From an uncultured Verrucomicrobiae bacterium (GTDB lineage Bacteria; Verrucomicrobiota; Verrucomicrobiia; Chthoniobacterales; JAFAMB01), in assembly GCA_963808535.1 (NCBI GenBank), contig CAWEGF010000015.1:22526-86525 (forward strand): 64,000 nucleotides of DNA, given 5' to 3'. The notes beneath the pieces were generated by a model. The model ran no database searches, was not told the origin of the DNA, and saw nothing but the letters and a program-made list of their open reading frames with translations. The translations under genes and the position numbers were made by a program. Positions 42,085 to 51,818 of this stretch are shown piece by piece; position 1 is the first letter of the stretch, and each line of letters opens with the position of its first letter.

Positions 42085-43371
42085 ATGAACCTAAAGATCC
42101 CCACGGAAAATACGCTCGCCATTATCATGGGCGGCGGCGCCGGCAGCCGGCTGTTCCCTTTAACCAAAGAACGCGCCAAACCGGCAGTACCGCTGGGCGG
42201 CAAATACCGGCTGGTGGATATCCCGATCAGTAATTGTCTCAATAGCGGCTTTCGCCAAGTCTACGTGCTGACCCAATTCAACAGTGAGTCGTTGCACCGT
42301 CACATCACGGCCAGCTACAAATTCGACAACTTTACTAAAAGTTTTGTCGAAATTTTGGCCGCCCAGCAAACACCGGAAGGCGCTCGCTGGTACCAAGGGA
42401 CGGCGGACGCGGTCCGCCAGAATCTCCGTTACTTTCTCGAGCGGCCTTACGAGTACTACCTCATCCTGAGCGGCGATCAGCTCTACCGGATGGATTATGG
42501 CGAACTCTTGCAAGCTCACCTCAAGAGCGGGGCCGATGTTACCCTGGGCACGACACCGGTCGACCGTCAGGCCTCATCTGGATTTGGCATCATGCACAGC
42601 GACGCCAACCGCCGAATTTATCGCTTCGAAGAAAAGCCTAAAGACCCCAAGCTCCTGGAAGAATTGCGCATCCCGCCTGATCTGTTAGCCGATCTGGGCC
42701 GGCCAGCCGAAGCAGAACTCTACCAAGGGTCGATGGGTATCTACGTGTTCAATCGCCAAATCCTGATCGATTCTTTGGACAATAGTTTCGACGATTTCGG
42801 CAAACACATCATTCCAGCCTCTCTCAACAAATACAAAGTCTTCGCCTATATTTTTCAGGGGTACTGGGAGGATATCGGAACCGTCCGAGCCTTTTTCGAA
42901 GCAAACCTGGCCCTCACGGATACCGTGCCGCCCTATAATTTTTTTGATCACCTCAACCCGATCTACACCCACGCCCGTTTTCTTCCCGCCAGCAAAATTA
43001 ACGGTGCCCAGATTAACAAGGCAGTTATTGCCGAAGGTTGCATTATCACCCACGCGAATATCGACCGGGCGGTGATCGGGATTCGCAGCGTCATTGAAAA
43101 CGGGACTTCGATCCGCAACTGCATTCTGATGGGCGCGGATTTTTACCAGGACGAAGATCCCCAACCGTTGCCGGGGCGTCCACCACTCGGAATCGGATCG
43201 CGCTGTTCCATCGAGGGAGCGATCATCGACAAAAATGCTCGCATTGGTGATGACGTGGTTATCTCCCCGGCCGGAAAACCGGAGAATATGGATGGCGACA
43301 ACTACTTCATTCGCGATGGAGTTGTCCTGGTCCCGAAAGGAGCCGTCATACCTTCTGGAACCAAGATTTAA
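42085..43371 (+). CDS. glgC: Glucose-1-phosphate adenylyltransferase
   Basis: GGGAGSRLFPLTKERAKPAVP, WYQGTADAV, LSGDQLYRMDY, FEEKP, SMGIYVF. Confidence 0.97.
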   Translation: MNLKIPTENTLAIIMGGGAGSRLFPLTKERAKPAVPLGGKYRLVDIPISNCLNSGFRQVYVLTQFNSESLHRHITASYKFDNFTKSFVEILAAQQTPEGARWYQGTADAVRQNLRYFLERPYEYYLILSGDQLYRMDYGELLQAHLKSGADVTLGTTPVDRQASSGFGIMHSDANRRIYRFEEKPKDPKLLEELRIPPDLLADLGRPAEAELYQGSMGIYVFNRQILIDSLDNSFDDFGKHIIPASLNKYKVFAYIFQGYWEDIGTVRAFFEANLALTDTVPPYNFFDHLNPIYTHARFLPASKINGAQINKAVIAEGCIITHANIDRAVIGIRSVIENGTSIRNCILMGADFYQDEDPQPLPGRPPLGIGSRCSIEGAIIDKNARIGDDVVISPAGKPENMDGDNYFIRDGVVLVPKGAVIPSGTKI

Positions 43372-43466
43372 GAATGGGTGTTTTTTAAAGACTATTCCGG
43401 AATTCAGGCTTGATCGATGTACTCGGCAATTGACCTGAACTTCATTATCCCCACCCCCTATTCCCG

Positions 43467-45113
43467 ATGAGCACACATCCCAATGCAGGCAAAACCGCAC
43501 CGCAAGACCTTCTAATCGATGTCGGCCGGCTGGAAGCAGCCTTTTACGAGGAAAAGCCCGATCTGAATGACCCCAATCAGCTGGTGAGCTTCGGCACCAG
43601 CGGGCATCGCGGTACCAGTTCGAATGGGACTTTCACCGAGGCTCATATCCTGGCCATTACTCAAGCGATCTGCGAGTACCGGCGCCAACAGGGTATCACC
43701 GGCCCGTTGTTCATGGGGAAAGACACTCATGCGCTTTCCCGACCGGCGGAGCGAGTTGCCTTGGAGGTCCTGGCGGCCAACGGAATAGAAACCTTCATCC
43801 AACTCGATGATGGCTTCACGCCGACTCCGGTTATTTCGCACTCTATCCTGGGATACAACCGGGGACGTTCGGAGGGACTGGGAGATGGTATCGTCGTTAC
43901 CCCATCGCACAACCCGCCCACGGATGGCGGCTTCAAATACAATCCACCAAATGGAGGGCCGGCTGACACCGACGTCACCGACTGGATTCAAAACCGGGCC
44001 AATGAATTGTTGCGCGGAGGCAACAAAGGAGTTCAACACATCGACTTCGATGCTGCGCTCAAGGCCTCGACAACGCATACCAAGGACTACGTCACGGCTT
44101 ACGTCGAAGACCTGGCCAATGTCATCGACCTGGAGGCGATTCGCTCGGCCGGGGTGAGAATTGGTGTCGATCCCCTGGGAGGCGCCTCCGTGGCTTACTG
44201 GCAACCGGTGGTAGAACGTTACGGCATCGATATCACGGTCGTGAACCCGAAGATCGATCCGACCTTCGCTTTCATGACCCTTGATCACGATGGGAAAATC
44301 CGGATGGATTGCTCAAGTCCTTGGGCGATGGCAGGGCTTGTCCAGCTCAAGGACCGCTTCGATATTGCTTTCGGTAATGATCCGGACGCTGACCGCCACG
44401 GCATCGTTACTCCCTCATCGGGACTTTTGAATCCCAATCACTATCTGGCGGTCGCCATCCGTTACCTCCTGACGAACCGCCCAGAATGGCCGGTTTCAGC
44501 AGTGGTTGGTAAAACGCTGGTTAGCAGCTGCCTGATTGATCGCGTAGTTGCCAGCCTCGATCGCAAACTCTGGGAAGTACCCGTAGGTTTCAAATGGTTT
44601 ACCCCTGGCTTGTTCGACGGTTCCTGCTGTTTCGGCGGTGAGGAAAGTGCGGGGGCAAGTTTTCTGAAACGTGACGGATCGGTCTGGAGCACCGACAAAG
44701 ACGGACTAATCCTCGGTCTGCTGGCTGCCGAGATTACCGCTCGCACCGGAAAAGATCCCGGCGAACATTATAAAGAATTGACCGCCAAGTTCGGCACACC
44801 TTATTACACCCGGATCGACGCTCCAGCGACGCCGGAACAAAAAAATTCACTTAAGAAGCTTTCTCCTGAAGCCGTCACCGCCACCGAACTGGCTGGCGAA
44901 CCCATCACCGCGAAGTTGACCCGAGCGCCCGGCAACAATGCCGCGATTGGTGGCCTGAAAGTCGTCTCGGCCAGTGGTTGGTTTGCCGCTCGCCCGTCCG
45001 GAACGGAGAACATTTATAAGCTTTATGCGGAAAGCCTGAAAAGCGCTGAACACCTCTCCGCTATCGTCGACCAGGCCCAGCAAATCGTTCTTCGCTCCCT
45101 CGGCGGGAAGTGA
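43467..45113 (+). CDS. pgm: Phosphoglucomutase
   Basis: [37 protein letters not shown]. Confidence 0.97.
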   Translation: MSTHPNAGKTAPQDLLIDVGRLEAAFYEEKPDLNDPNQLVSFGTSGHRGTSSNGTFTEAHILAITQAICEYRRQQGITGPLFMGKDTHALSRPAERVALEVLAANGIETFIQLDDGFTPTPVISHSILGYNRGRSEGLGDGIVVTPSHNPPTDGGFKYNPPNGGPADTDVTDWIQNRANELLRGGNKGVQHIDFDAALKASTTHTKDYVTAYVEDLANVIDLEAIRSAGVRIGVDPLGGASVAYWQPVVERYGIDITVVNPKIDPTFAFMTLDHDGKIRMDCSSPWAMAGLVQLKDRFDIAFGNDPDADRHGIVTPSSGLLNPNHYLAVAIRYLLTNRPEWPVSAVVGKTLVSSCLIDRVVASLDRKLWEVPVGFKWFTPGLFDGSCCFGGEESAGASFLKRDGSVWSTDKDGLILGLLAAEITARTGKDPGEHYKELTAKFGTPYYTRIDAPATPEQKNSLKKLSPEAVTATELAGEPITAKLTRAPGNNAAIGGLKVVSASGWFAARPSGTENIYKLYAESLKSAEHLSAIVDQAQQIVLRSLGGK

Positions 45114-45319
45114 GTCTGTTTTAGCGACGGGAAAACATTCGGAGGAATGAGCTGTGCCCCGAAGGGGCTACAGAACTCAGCCCGGGGTTCGAAGCGCTAA
45201 GGAACTGTCAATAATGGCTTGTTTGCGGCCTGAAGGGGCGGCAGACGCCGGATGAAGCTGCTTCAGCATTCCGGATCGTTGCGCAGAAAATGTAGAGTGT
45301 GCACAGGTGCTTTGATGCC

Positions 45320-45735
45320 CATAAGGGCTAACTAATAAAGCTCGAGCCGAGAATGTATTTGTCCCAGAGGGACAGTCATGATCGTAGCCTGGCACGAAGT
45401 GCCTGGGAAAGCGTCCACCGAGAGAACCGTCCCAGTAGGGTACGGTATGATCGGGCGCAGCTAAACCCAGAGTTATTTACTCGTACGGAGCATGGTCGTG
45501 ATGCCGCGTATTCAACATTTCTTTCTGCTTAACATCATCGCCATTCAAAATTGCCGACTCCAATCATCGAATCGGTGCGTTGCGTCTGTGCGAATCATAC
45601 CGTACCCTACGGGACGGTTCTTTTGGGTGACGCTAGTCCCAGGCACTTCGTGCCTGGCTACGATCAGCCTGTCCCTCCGGGACAAAAAGCCATTCGCCTC
45701 ATCGAAGGGCTTCGCATTAAGTTAGCGCTTATAGG
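45320..45735. mobile_element. Family-B REPIN/MITE-like element with ~130-bp imperfect inverted arms
   Basis: Arms contain gtcccagagggac, gtagcc..gcacgaagtgcctgg and ccgtccc..tagggtacggtatgat; homologous to elements at 50.25 and 54.5 kb. Confidence 0.8.
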
Positions 45736-45737
45736 CT

Positions 45738-46232
45738 TTAGCCTGGGTTTATATTTCTAACAAACCGCCCTGAAGGAAGGGGCGGCAGAATGCGACTCGA
45801 TGCCGGCGGAATCTGTGTTACCCCAAACCGTTGTAGGAGCAAGAGAAAACGAGTTCGCCGGTCACCGCCAGGGTTACCCCTTTTGCTTTTTAACACATCC
45901 GCACTTCGCGTTAGGGTTTGCGGATAGTTGAAAGGCACCGGTATTGGGTAGGTACTAACTAGCGCGGCAATTTTCCGTCTTGCCTCTCGCTGTTCCTTAT
46001 TTTCCGGCTGCTTGAGCTGCCCGAAAAAGAGCGGCGGATAGTTAAAAGGCACCGGAGCAGGCTGAACTCCGAGTAACTCTGGGAGATTCTGTTGCGCCCC
46101 ACCGCGTTTTTGAGCCCGGAACTCCAGGCAAGCAGCAATCAGATTTGGAGCTGCGGCCAGCGCCGCCAGGAAGAGGGCGAAGGAAACGCCCGTCAAGACA
46201 GTAGTGATTTGCATCTGGTTCATCTTTCTCAA
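45738..46232 (-). CDS. Hypothetical membrane-anchored protein with duplicated PVPFNYP motif
   Basis: N-terminal hydrophobic helix; PAPVPFNYPP and PIPVPFNYPQ; 3' end runs into repeat DNA. Confidence 0.45.
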   Translation of the reverse strand: MRKMNQMQITTVLTGVSFALFLAALAAAPNLIAACLEFRAQKRGGAQQNLPELLGVQPAPVPFNYPPLFFGQLKQPENKEQREARRKIAALVSTYPIPVPFNYPQTLTRSADVLKSKRGNPGGDRRTRFLLLLQRFGVTQIPPASSRILPPLPSGRFVRNINPG

Positions 46233-46665
46233 GTCTTATCCATTACCTTGAGAGCTAGACCCAGTGTTCCCAATGGAACCTTCTGTTTCTTATTCTCTCA
46301 GCATTCTGGATCACCGCCCCTATCGGGAACGCTTTCCGGAATGCCCAGAGAATTTCCAACTACTGCCAGCCAATGATAGACCATCGATATGACAGGTCTA
46401 CCCTTTTTTGCAAACATACCTGAGTGCAGATTGCCTATTCCCAGTCATAATTTCCTGCCTCGCAATGACTTAGCCTGTAATGTCAAGTTTTTAGACTAAC
46501 ATACCCCGGGCACTCAGCGTTCAGCGTTCAGCGTACGTAATGCGTCCCGCTTTACCTCTTCCGTTGCGGACGCCCCGGAGCAAGCCGGGACGGCTTGCCT
46601 ACGTACGTAATGCGTCTGGCGGGCGCGCTCCGGACAATCTGCGTTTCAACTTCCCTTCTCCCACC

Positions 46666-48867
46666 CTATTTATATTCGTGGCGTTTGAACCCGATGGTCG
46701 AGAGAGGGGGTAAGGTGAGTGAGAGGGAATGCGAGCGCCCCTGCCAGGGAATGGGATCGGCGTGCATCCCGCCCCAGTTACCAATATTGCCCCCTCCGTA
46801 AATTCCGGCGTCGGTATTCAAGATCTCTTCATACCATCCCGCACCTGGCGCTCCTATCCGGTAGGCGTGTCTGGGAACGGGCGTCGCATTCACCGCGAAT
46901 AACAACATGGATCCAGATTCCGCCTTCCGCATGAAGGTGAGGATACTGTTGTCGGCGTCGTAGATATCTATCCACTCAAAGCCGGCATAACTATCGTCGT
47001 TCTCCGAAAAGGCGGGCTCGCTTTTATAAAGAAAATTTAGATGCTGAACCAATCGTTTGAGACCCTCGTGCAACGGATACTGGAGCAGGTGCCAATCAAG
47101 GCTTTGGTTGTGATTCCATTCTTTCCAGTGACCGATATCGCATCCCATGAACAATAACTTTTTGCCTGGGTGCGCGAACATCCAGGCGAAAAACATCCGA
47201 AGATTGGCGAACTTTTGCCAAGGATCCCCCGGCATCTTGTTCAGTAACGATCCTTTCCCGTGGACTACTTCGTCATGGCTTAAGACCAGGACAAAATGTT
47301 CCTGGAAGGCGTAAACCAAAGAGAACGTGGCTTCCCCTTGATGATATCGGCGATGAATCGGTTCACGACTCATGTATTCAAGGAAATCGTGCATCCAACC
47401 CATGTTCCATTTGAAACCGAAACCGAGCCCGCCCAAATAAGTCGGACGCGAAACACCGGGCCAGGAGGTCGATTCTTCGGCAATCGTCATGATCCCCGGG
47501 AAACGCTCATAACAAACCGAATTAAAGTGTTTCATTAATTCGATGGCCTCGAGATTCTCCCGTCCGCCGTGGATATTCGGCACCCACTCGCCAGGTTTCC
47601 TTGAATAGTCGAGATAAAGCATCGAAGCGACGGCATCCACTCGCAGTCCATCGATATGATATTTGTCGAGCCAGAAAAGGCCGTTGGCGATCAGGAAATT
47701 GCGTACTTCGGCCCGTCCAAAATTGAAGATCAGGGTCCCCCAATCACGATGCTCTCCTTGGCGCGGGTCGGCATGCTCGTAGAGCTGGGTGCCGTCAAAT
47801 TGAGCTAGTCCAAAGGAGTCTTTAGGGAAATGGCCCGGAACCCAATCGAGAATGACTCCAACGCCTTCCTGGTGGCAACGATCGACGAAATGACGAAATT
47901 CGTCCGGGTTCCCGAATCGACTGGTGGGTGCGTAATAACCGGTTACCTGGTAACCCCACGAACCGTCGAAAGGATGTTCGGCGATCGGTAGTAATTCGAT
48001 ATGGGTATAGCCCATCTCTTTGACATACGGGATTAACCGATCCGCAAACTCCAGGTAACTCAAATAGCGGTTGTTCTCTTCCGGAACTCTGGCCCACGAA
48101 CCGAGATGCACCTCATAAATACTGACAGGTTGTTTTGGCCAGTATCGGGTTTTCCGCTCCTCGATCCATCCGGCATCGCTCCACTCAAAGCGATCAAGAT
48201 TGAAAACCAGGGAAGCAGTCTGCACTCCGTGTTGGCCGAAAAAAGAGAAGGGATCGCTCTTCAACACGATACTGCCGGAAGAGTTGCGGATCTCATACTT
48301 GTAGTGGGCGCCTTCACCCACCCCGGGAATGAAAATCTCCCAAATCCCAGCCTCGATACGCTTTCGCATGGGATGTGCCCGGCCATCCCAGCCATTGAAA
48401 TCACCCACCACGCTGATCCTCTGAGCGTTGGGAGCCCAGACGGCGAAACTGACTCCCGGATGTCCATTAATTTGCGTCAGGTGCGCTCCGAGTTTTTCGT
48501 AGATCTCGTAGTGGTTGCCCACGCAATAGAGGTGCATGTCGAGCTCCCCCAAAATAGGACCATAAGAGTATGGATCGCTCACCTGAAAGGTCTCTCCCGA
48601 CCAGGTCGTAACCTCCAAAAGATAGTCCAAGGACTCGGTGACACCCTCCAACTGGGCTTCAAATAGACCTTCCTCGGCGACGCGCACCGCAGGAAAACGC
48701 CGTTGAGGGTTATGACGATCAACTATCGCGAGTTCTTTCGCCTCTGGTCTCAGGCTGCGCACCACCCAGCTTTGATCGACCTGGTGCAATCCGAGGACAC
48801 CAAATGGGTCGTCATGTTCAGCATGCAAAAGTCGGTGGATATCGTGGGGGTTTAGTTTGGTGTTCAT
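46666..48867 (-). CDS. glgB: 1,4-alpha-glucan branching enzyme
   Basis: FAVWAPNA, IYEVHLGSW, SWGYQ, DWVPGHF, DGLRVDAVASM, AEEST, LSHDEVVHGK. Confidence 0.97.
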   Translation of the reverse strand: MNTKLNPHDIHRLLHAEHDDPFGVLGLHQVDQSWVVRSLRPEAKELAIVDRHNPQRRFPAVRVAEEGLFEAQLEGVTESLDYLLEVTTWSGETFQVSDPYSYGPILGELDMHLYCVGNHYEIYEKLGAHLTQINGHPGVSFAVWAPNAQRISVVGDFNGWDGRAHPMRKRIEAGIWEIFIPGVGEGAHYKYEIRNSSGSIVLKSDPFSFFGQHGVQTASLVFNLDRFEWSDAGWIEERKTRYWPKQPVSIYEVHLGSWARVPEENNRYLSYLEFADRLIPYVKEMGYTHIELLPIAEHPFDGSWGYQVTGYYAPTSRFGNPDEFRHFVDRCHQEGVGVILDWVPGHFPKDSFGLAQFDGTQLYEHADPRQGEHRDWGTLIFNFGRAEVRNFLIANGLFWLDKYHIDGLRVDAVASMLYLDYSRKPGEWVPNIHGGRENLEAIELMKHFNSVCYERFPGIMTIAEESTSWPGVSRPTYLGGLGFGFKWNMGWMHDFLEYMSREPIHRRYHQGEATFSLVYAFQEHFVLVLSHDEVVHGKGSLLNKMPGDPWQKFANLRMFFAWMFAHPGKKLLFMGCDIGHWKEWNHNQSLDWHLLQYPLHEGLKRLVQHLNFLYKSEPAFSENDDSYAGFEWIDIYDADNSILTFMRKAESGSMLLFAVNATPVPRHAYRIGAPGAGWYEEILNTDAGIYGGGNIGNWGGMHADPIPWQGRSHSLSLTLPPLSTIGFKRHEYK

Positions 48868-49239
48868 GTCGATGCCTTTAGGAGAGTTGTCGCATTTCCC
48901 AATCTAGACAATACTGATTGAGCCGCTCGCGCAAAACAATCCGTTTGTCTGACCATTTGCAGAAGTTGAGAGCGAGAGCAACCCGCCACTGGCCCCGGAA
49001 TAGACGGAGCGAGGTTTTGCTTGATCAAAGTCCATATCTCCGTGGTCTCCGGACCTGTAGCGAATATGATTCCTCCGGGTACTTCTTTTCCCTTTTCCGC
49101 GACCTTTAGTTCAAGCGCTAGCTTTTTCTCCAAGTTTAGAGAAGAGCCGATTTTATCCTTTCGCACCGTTGCGTCCAATGTGTACGATTCTCGATCGAAT
49201 GCAGGGCGAAACGCGCCTAACCTTACTACTCCCCCGAAC

Positions 49240-50199
49240 ATGAAAATCATCCCCTTTTTCCGGATTCGATGTCTAGTCACCATTGGCCTGCTTCTAACGG
49301 GTATCGCCGCCACCCACACCTTTGCCGAGACGAAAAAACTTGACTCGGTGGCCTTGACGGTTGGCGATTTAGGCAATCCCTTTTTTGTCCAGATCGCTCA
49401 TGGTGCGGAAACGAAAGCTAAGCAGATCAATGGAAAGGTTAAGTTCAGCGCTCTCTCGAGTAACTACGATGTCAACACCCAAACCAATCAAATCGACAAC
49501 TTCATTTCTTCGAACGTTAACTTGATTCTGTTAGGTGCGGCAGACAGTAAGGGTATCGCGCCGGCCGTCATGCGAGCGAAGCAGGCTGGGGTCACGGTGG
49601 TGGCGGTTGACGTAGGAGCAGACGGCGGGGTGGACGCCACCGTTACTTCCAATAACAAACAGGCCGGGACCAAAGACGGCGTCTATGTCGCCGAACGCCT
49701 AAAAGGTAAGGGGCAGATCGTGATCGTCAATGGGCCTCCGGTCACGGCAGTCACCGATCGAGTCGCCGGATTTGTGGAAGAGATTAGCAAACATCCGGAT
49801 CTCAAGATCGTGTCCCAAGATCAAAACGCCGGTGGTAGTCGCGATGGGGGACTGCGCGTGATGAGTGACCTGTTAACGGCCTTCAAGAAAATCGATGCGG
49901 TTTTCGCGATTAACGATCCGACGGCCATCGGCTGCGATTTGGCCGCCAAGCAGGCCCAGCGGAAAGATTTCTTCATCGTAGGCGTGGACGGCTCGCCGGA
50001 CATCGTGCCTTTCCTGAAAGATCCAGGAAGCCTGATCGCGGCCACGGCAGCACAAGATCCCTACTTGATGGCGGAAGAGGCCGTCAAGATTGGTGACGAA
50101 ATTATCCGAGGCAAAAAACCCAAGGAAGAGCTAACTCTCATTCCGGTCGGACTAATTACCAAAGAAAACGTCGATCGCTATGCCGGCTGGACCAAATGA
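49240..50199 (+). CDS. Orphan ribose-type ABC substrate-binding protein, paralogue of 36547..37503
   Basis: Long identical peptide blocks shared with the 36.5-kb protein; ATG at 49240. Confidence 0.92.
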   Translation: MKIIPFFRIRCLVTIGLLLTGIAATHTFAETKKLDSVALTVGDLGNPFFVQIAHGAETKAKQINGKVKFSALSSNYDVNTQTNQIDNFISSNVNLILLGAADSKGIAPAVMRAKQAGVTVVAVDVGADGGVDATVTSNNKQAGTKDGVYVAERLKGKGQIVIVNGPPVTAVTDRVAGFVEEISKHPDLKIVSQDQNAGGSRDGGLRVMSDLLTAFKKIDAVFAINDPTAIGCDLAAKQAQRKDFFIVGVDGSPDIVPFLKDPGSLIAATAAQDPYLMAEEAVKIGDEIIRGKKPKEELTLIPVGLITKENVDRYAGWTK

Positions 50200-50247
50200 G
50201 GGGCCGGCCTAACTTAGGTGTCCCACGGCCCAAGAGGCTCTCAGGCG

Positions 50248-50580
50248 AATGTATTTCGTCCCGGAGGGACAGCCTGATCGTAGCCAGGCACGAAGTGCCT
50301 GGGACAGCGCCACCCCAAAAGAGCCGTCCCGTAGGGTACGGTATGATTGTACAGGTGTACGCATCGATTCGAACATTTGAGGCAGCCTTTCTAAGGAAAC
50401 ACGACGCGCACTTCGACGAGAAATACCTGTGGAATCAGCTGCGCCCGATCATACCGTACCCTACGGGACGGCTCTTGGGATGGCGTCATCCCAGGCACTT
50501 CGTGCCTGGCTACGATCATGCTGTCCCTCCGGGACGAAATACATTTCCGCGCCGAAGCTTTGATTAGGTTAGCGCTTATG
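50248..50580 (+). mobile_element. Family-B element carrying an IS200-like TnpA C-terminal relic
   Basis: ~100-bp inverted arms; interior 50370-50435 reads RTFEAAFLRKHDAHFDEKYLWN. Confidence 0.8.
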
Positions 50581-50616
50581 CGGGTTACCCCTAGGCAGTA
50601 AAGCGAGACGCTTTAC

Positions 50617-51549
50617 CTACTTGGTGGCCTTCAGATTCACTCTGAATTCCTGGATCAATTCTGGAGGCAAGACTGGTATCGCTCCGTCATGCGAGGCGAC
50701 AATCGCGCCCAAACGGCAGGCCGTGGTCAGGACGGTTTGCTTATCGGCTCCCCGTGTTAACCCGACGATCAGGCCAGCCATAAAGGCATCCCCCGCGCCC
50801 ACGGTATCTTTAACCACCACTTGCGGAGCCACGGCGGTCACCAGGTTGCCACGATCCCAGAGCGCCGCCCCTTCGGCACCCATGGTGACGCAAATTCGAG
50901 AGGTCTTGGTGGCTTCTGAAAGAATCGCGCAAGCAGCCGCCACGGCCTCCGGATTACCGGGCGGATTGGGCGTCGCTTCGCCGGTACGAATCCAGGAAGC
51001 CATTTGGCCGACTTCGTCATGATTAAGCTTGAGGACATCGGCTCGCGCGGCAAGTTCGACAATCCTCTTTGGATCTGCGAACGGAGGACGCAAATTCACA
51101 TCGAAGAATTTCAACGGTCCTTTAACCTCCAGCAGATGATCCAATTGTTCGAGATTGTAAGGGGAGCGGCTGGCCAGTGAGCCGAAGACGAATGCGCCGG
51201 CCTGCGCCACTGACGCCAAGGCCTCGGCGGAAACTATGATCTCATCCCAAGCCACCGGTCGCACGAGGTCGTAGGTCGCATTGCCCAAGGCGTCAACGGT
51301 CGCGATGGCCGTCCCGGTCGGAAGGCCGATTCGCGCCCGGTCCACGAATTCCACGTTGACCCCTTTCTGTTCAGCCAGCCCCAGGATCTCATCCCCGAGA
51401 GCATCCTGGCCAACCGACGAAAGTAAGGAAACAGAAACTCCCAGTTGCGCGATATGACCCGCCACATTAAACGGAGCGCCACCGGCGTGTCTGCCGGAGG
51501 GCAGGCAGTCCCAGAGTATTTCGCCAAAAGTGTAGAATTCAGTATTCAT
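50617..51549 (-). CDS. PfkB family carbohydrate kinase (fructokinase-like)
   Basis: GGAPFNVA, FDVNLRP, KLNHDE, DTVGAGDAF. Confidence 0.93.
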   Translation of the reverse strand: MNTEFYTFGEILWDCLPSGRHAGGAPFNVAGHIAQLGVSVSLLSSVGQDALGDEILGLAEQKGVNVEFVDRARIGLPTGTAIATVDALGNATYDLVRPVAWDEIIVSAEALASVAQAGAFVFGSLASRSPYNLEQLDHLLEVKGPLKFFDVNLRPPFADPKRIVELAARADVLKLNHDEVGQMASWIRTGEATPNPPGNPEAVAAACAILSEATKTSRICVTMGAEGAALWDRGNLVTAVAPQVVVKDTVGAGDAFMAGLIVGLTRGADKQTVLTTACRLGAIVASHDGAIPVLPPELIQEFRVNLKATK

Positions 51550-51818
51550 GATGGAAGATGCGTTGGGATAGCGGAAACAAATCGCTTTAATTTAGGTCGA
51601 ATACGGGGGTAGAGGGCAGAAGCGTTGACCAGGGCTTGGGGAACAAACGCTTAGCTCTCTTAGTTTAGAATGGTGTTGGTAGAGAAAGAAGCTCTTTTCT
51701 TAAAATGGATGCTAGTTTTTCCGTGAGGAACCCAGCGGCAGTGGCCGGCAGTTTCCGAAACTTGTGACCGTGGGTTAAACAGTCGCTGGGACCCGATCCG
51801 CCTCCCGCGATTCAGTTG

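Noticed and set aside
50196-50567. ORF 50196..50567 (also 54495..54722 and 45551..45760) as functional transposases
   Set aside because: No HUH motif or catalytic Tyr; mostly translated inverted-repeat arms with only a short relic.
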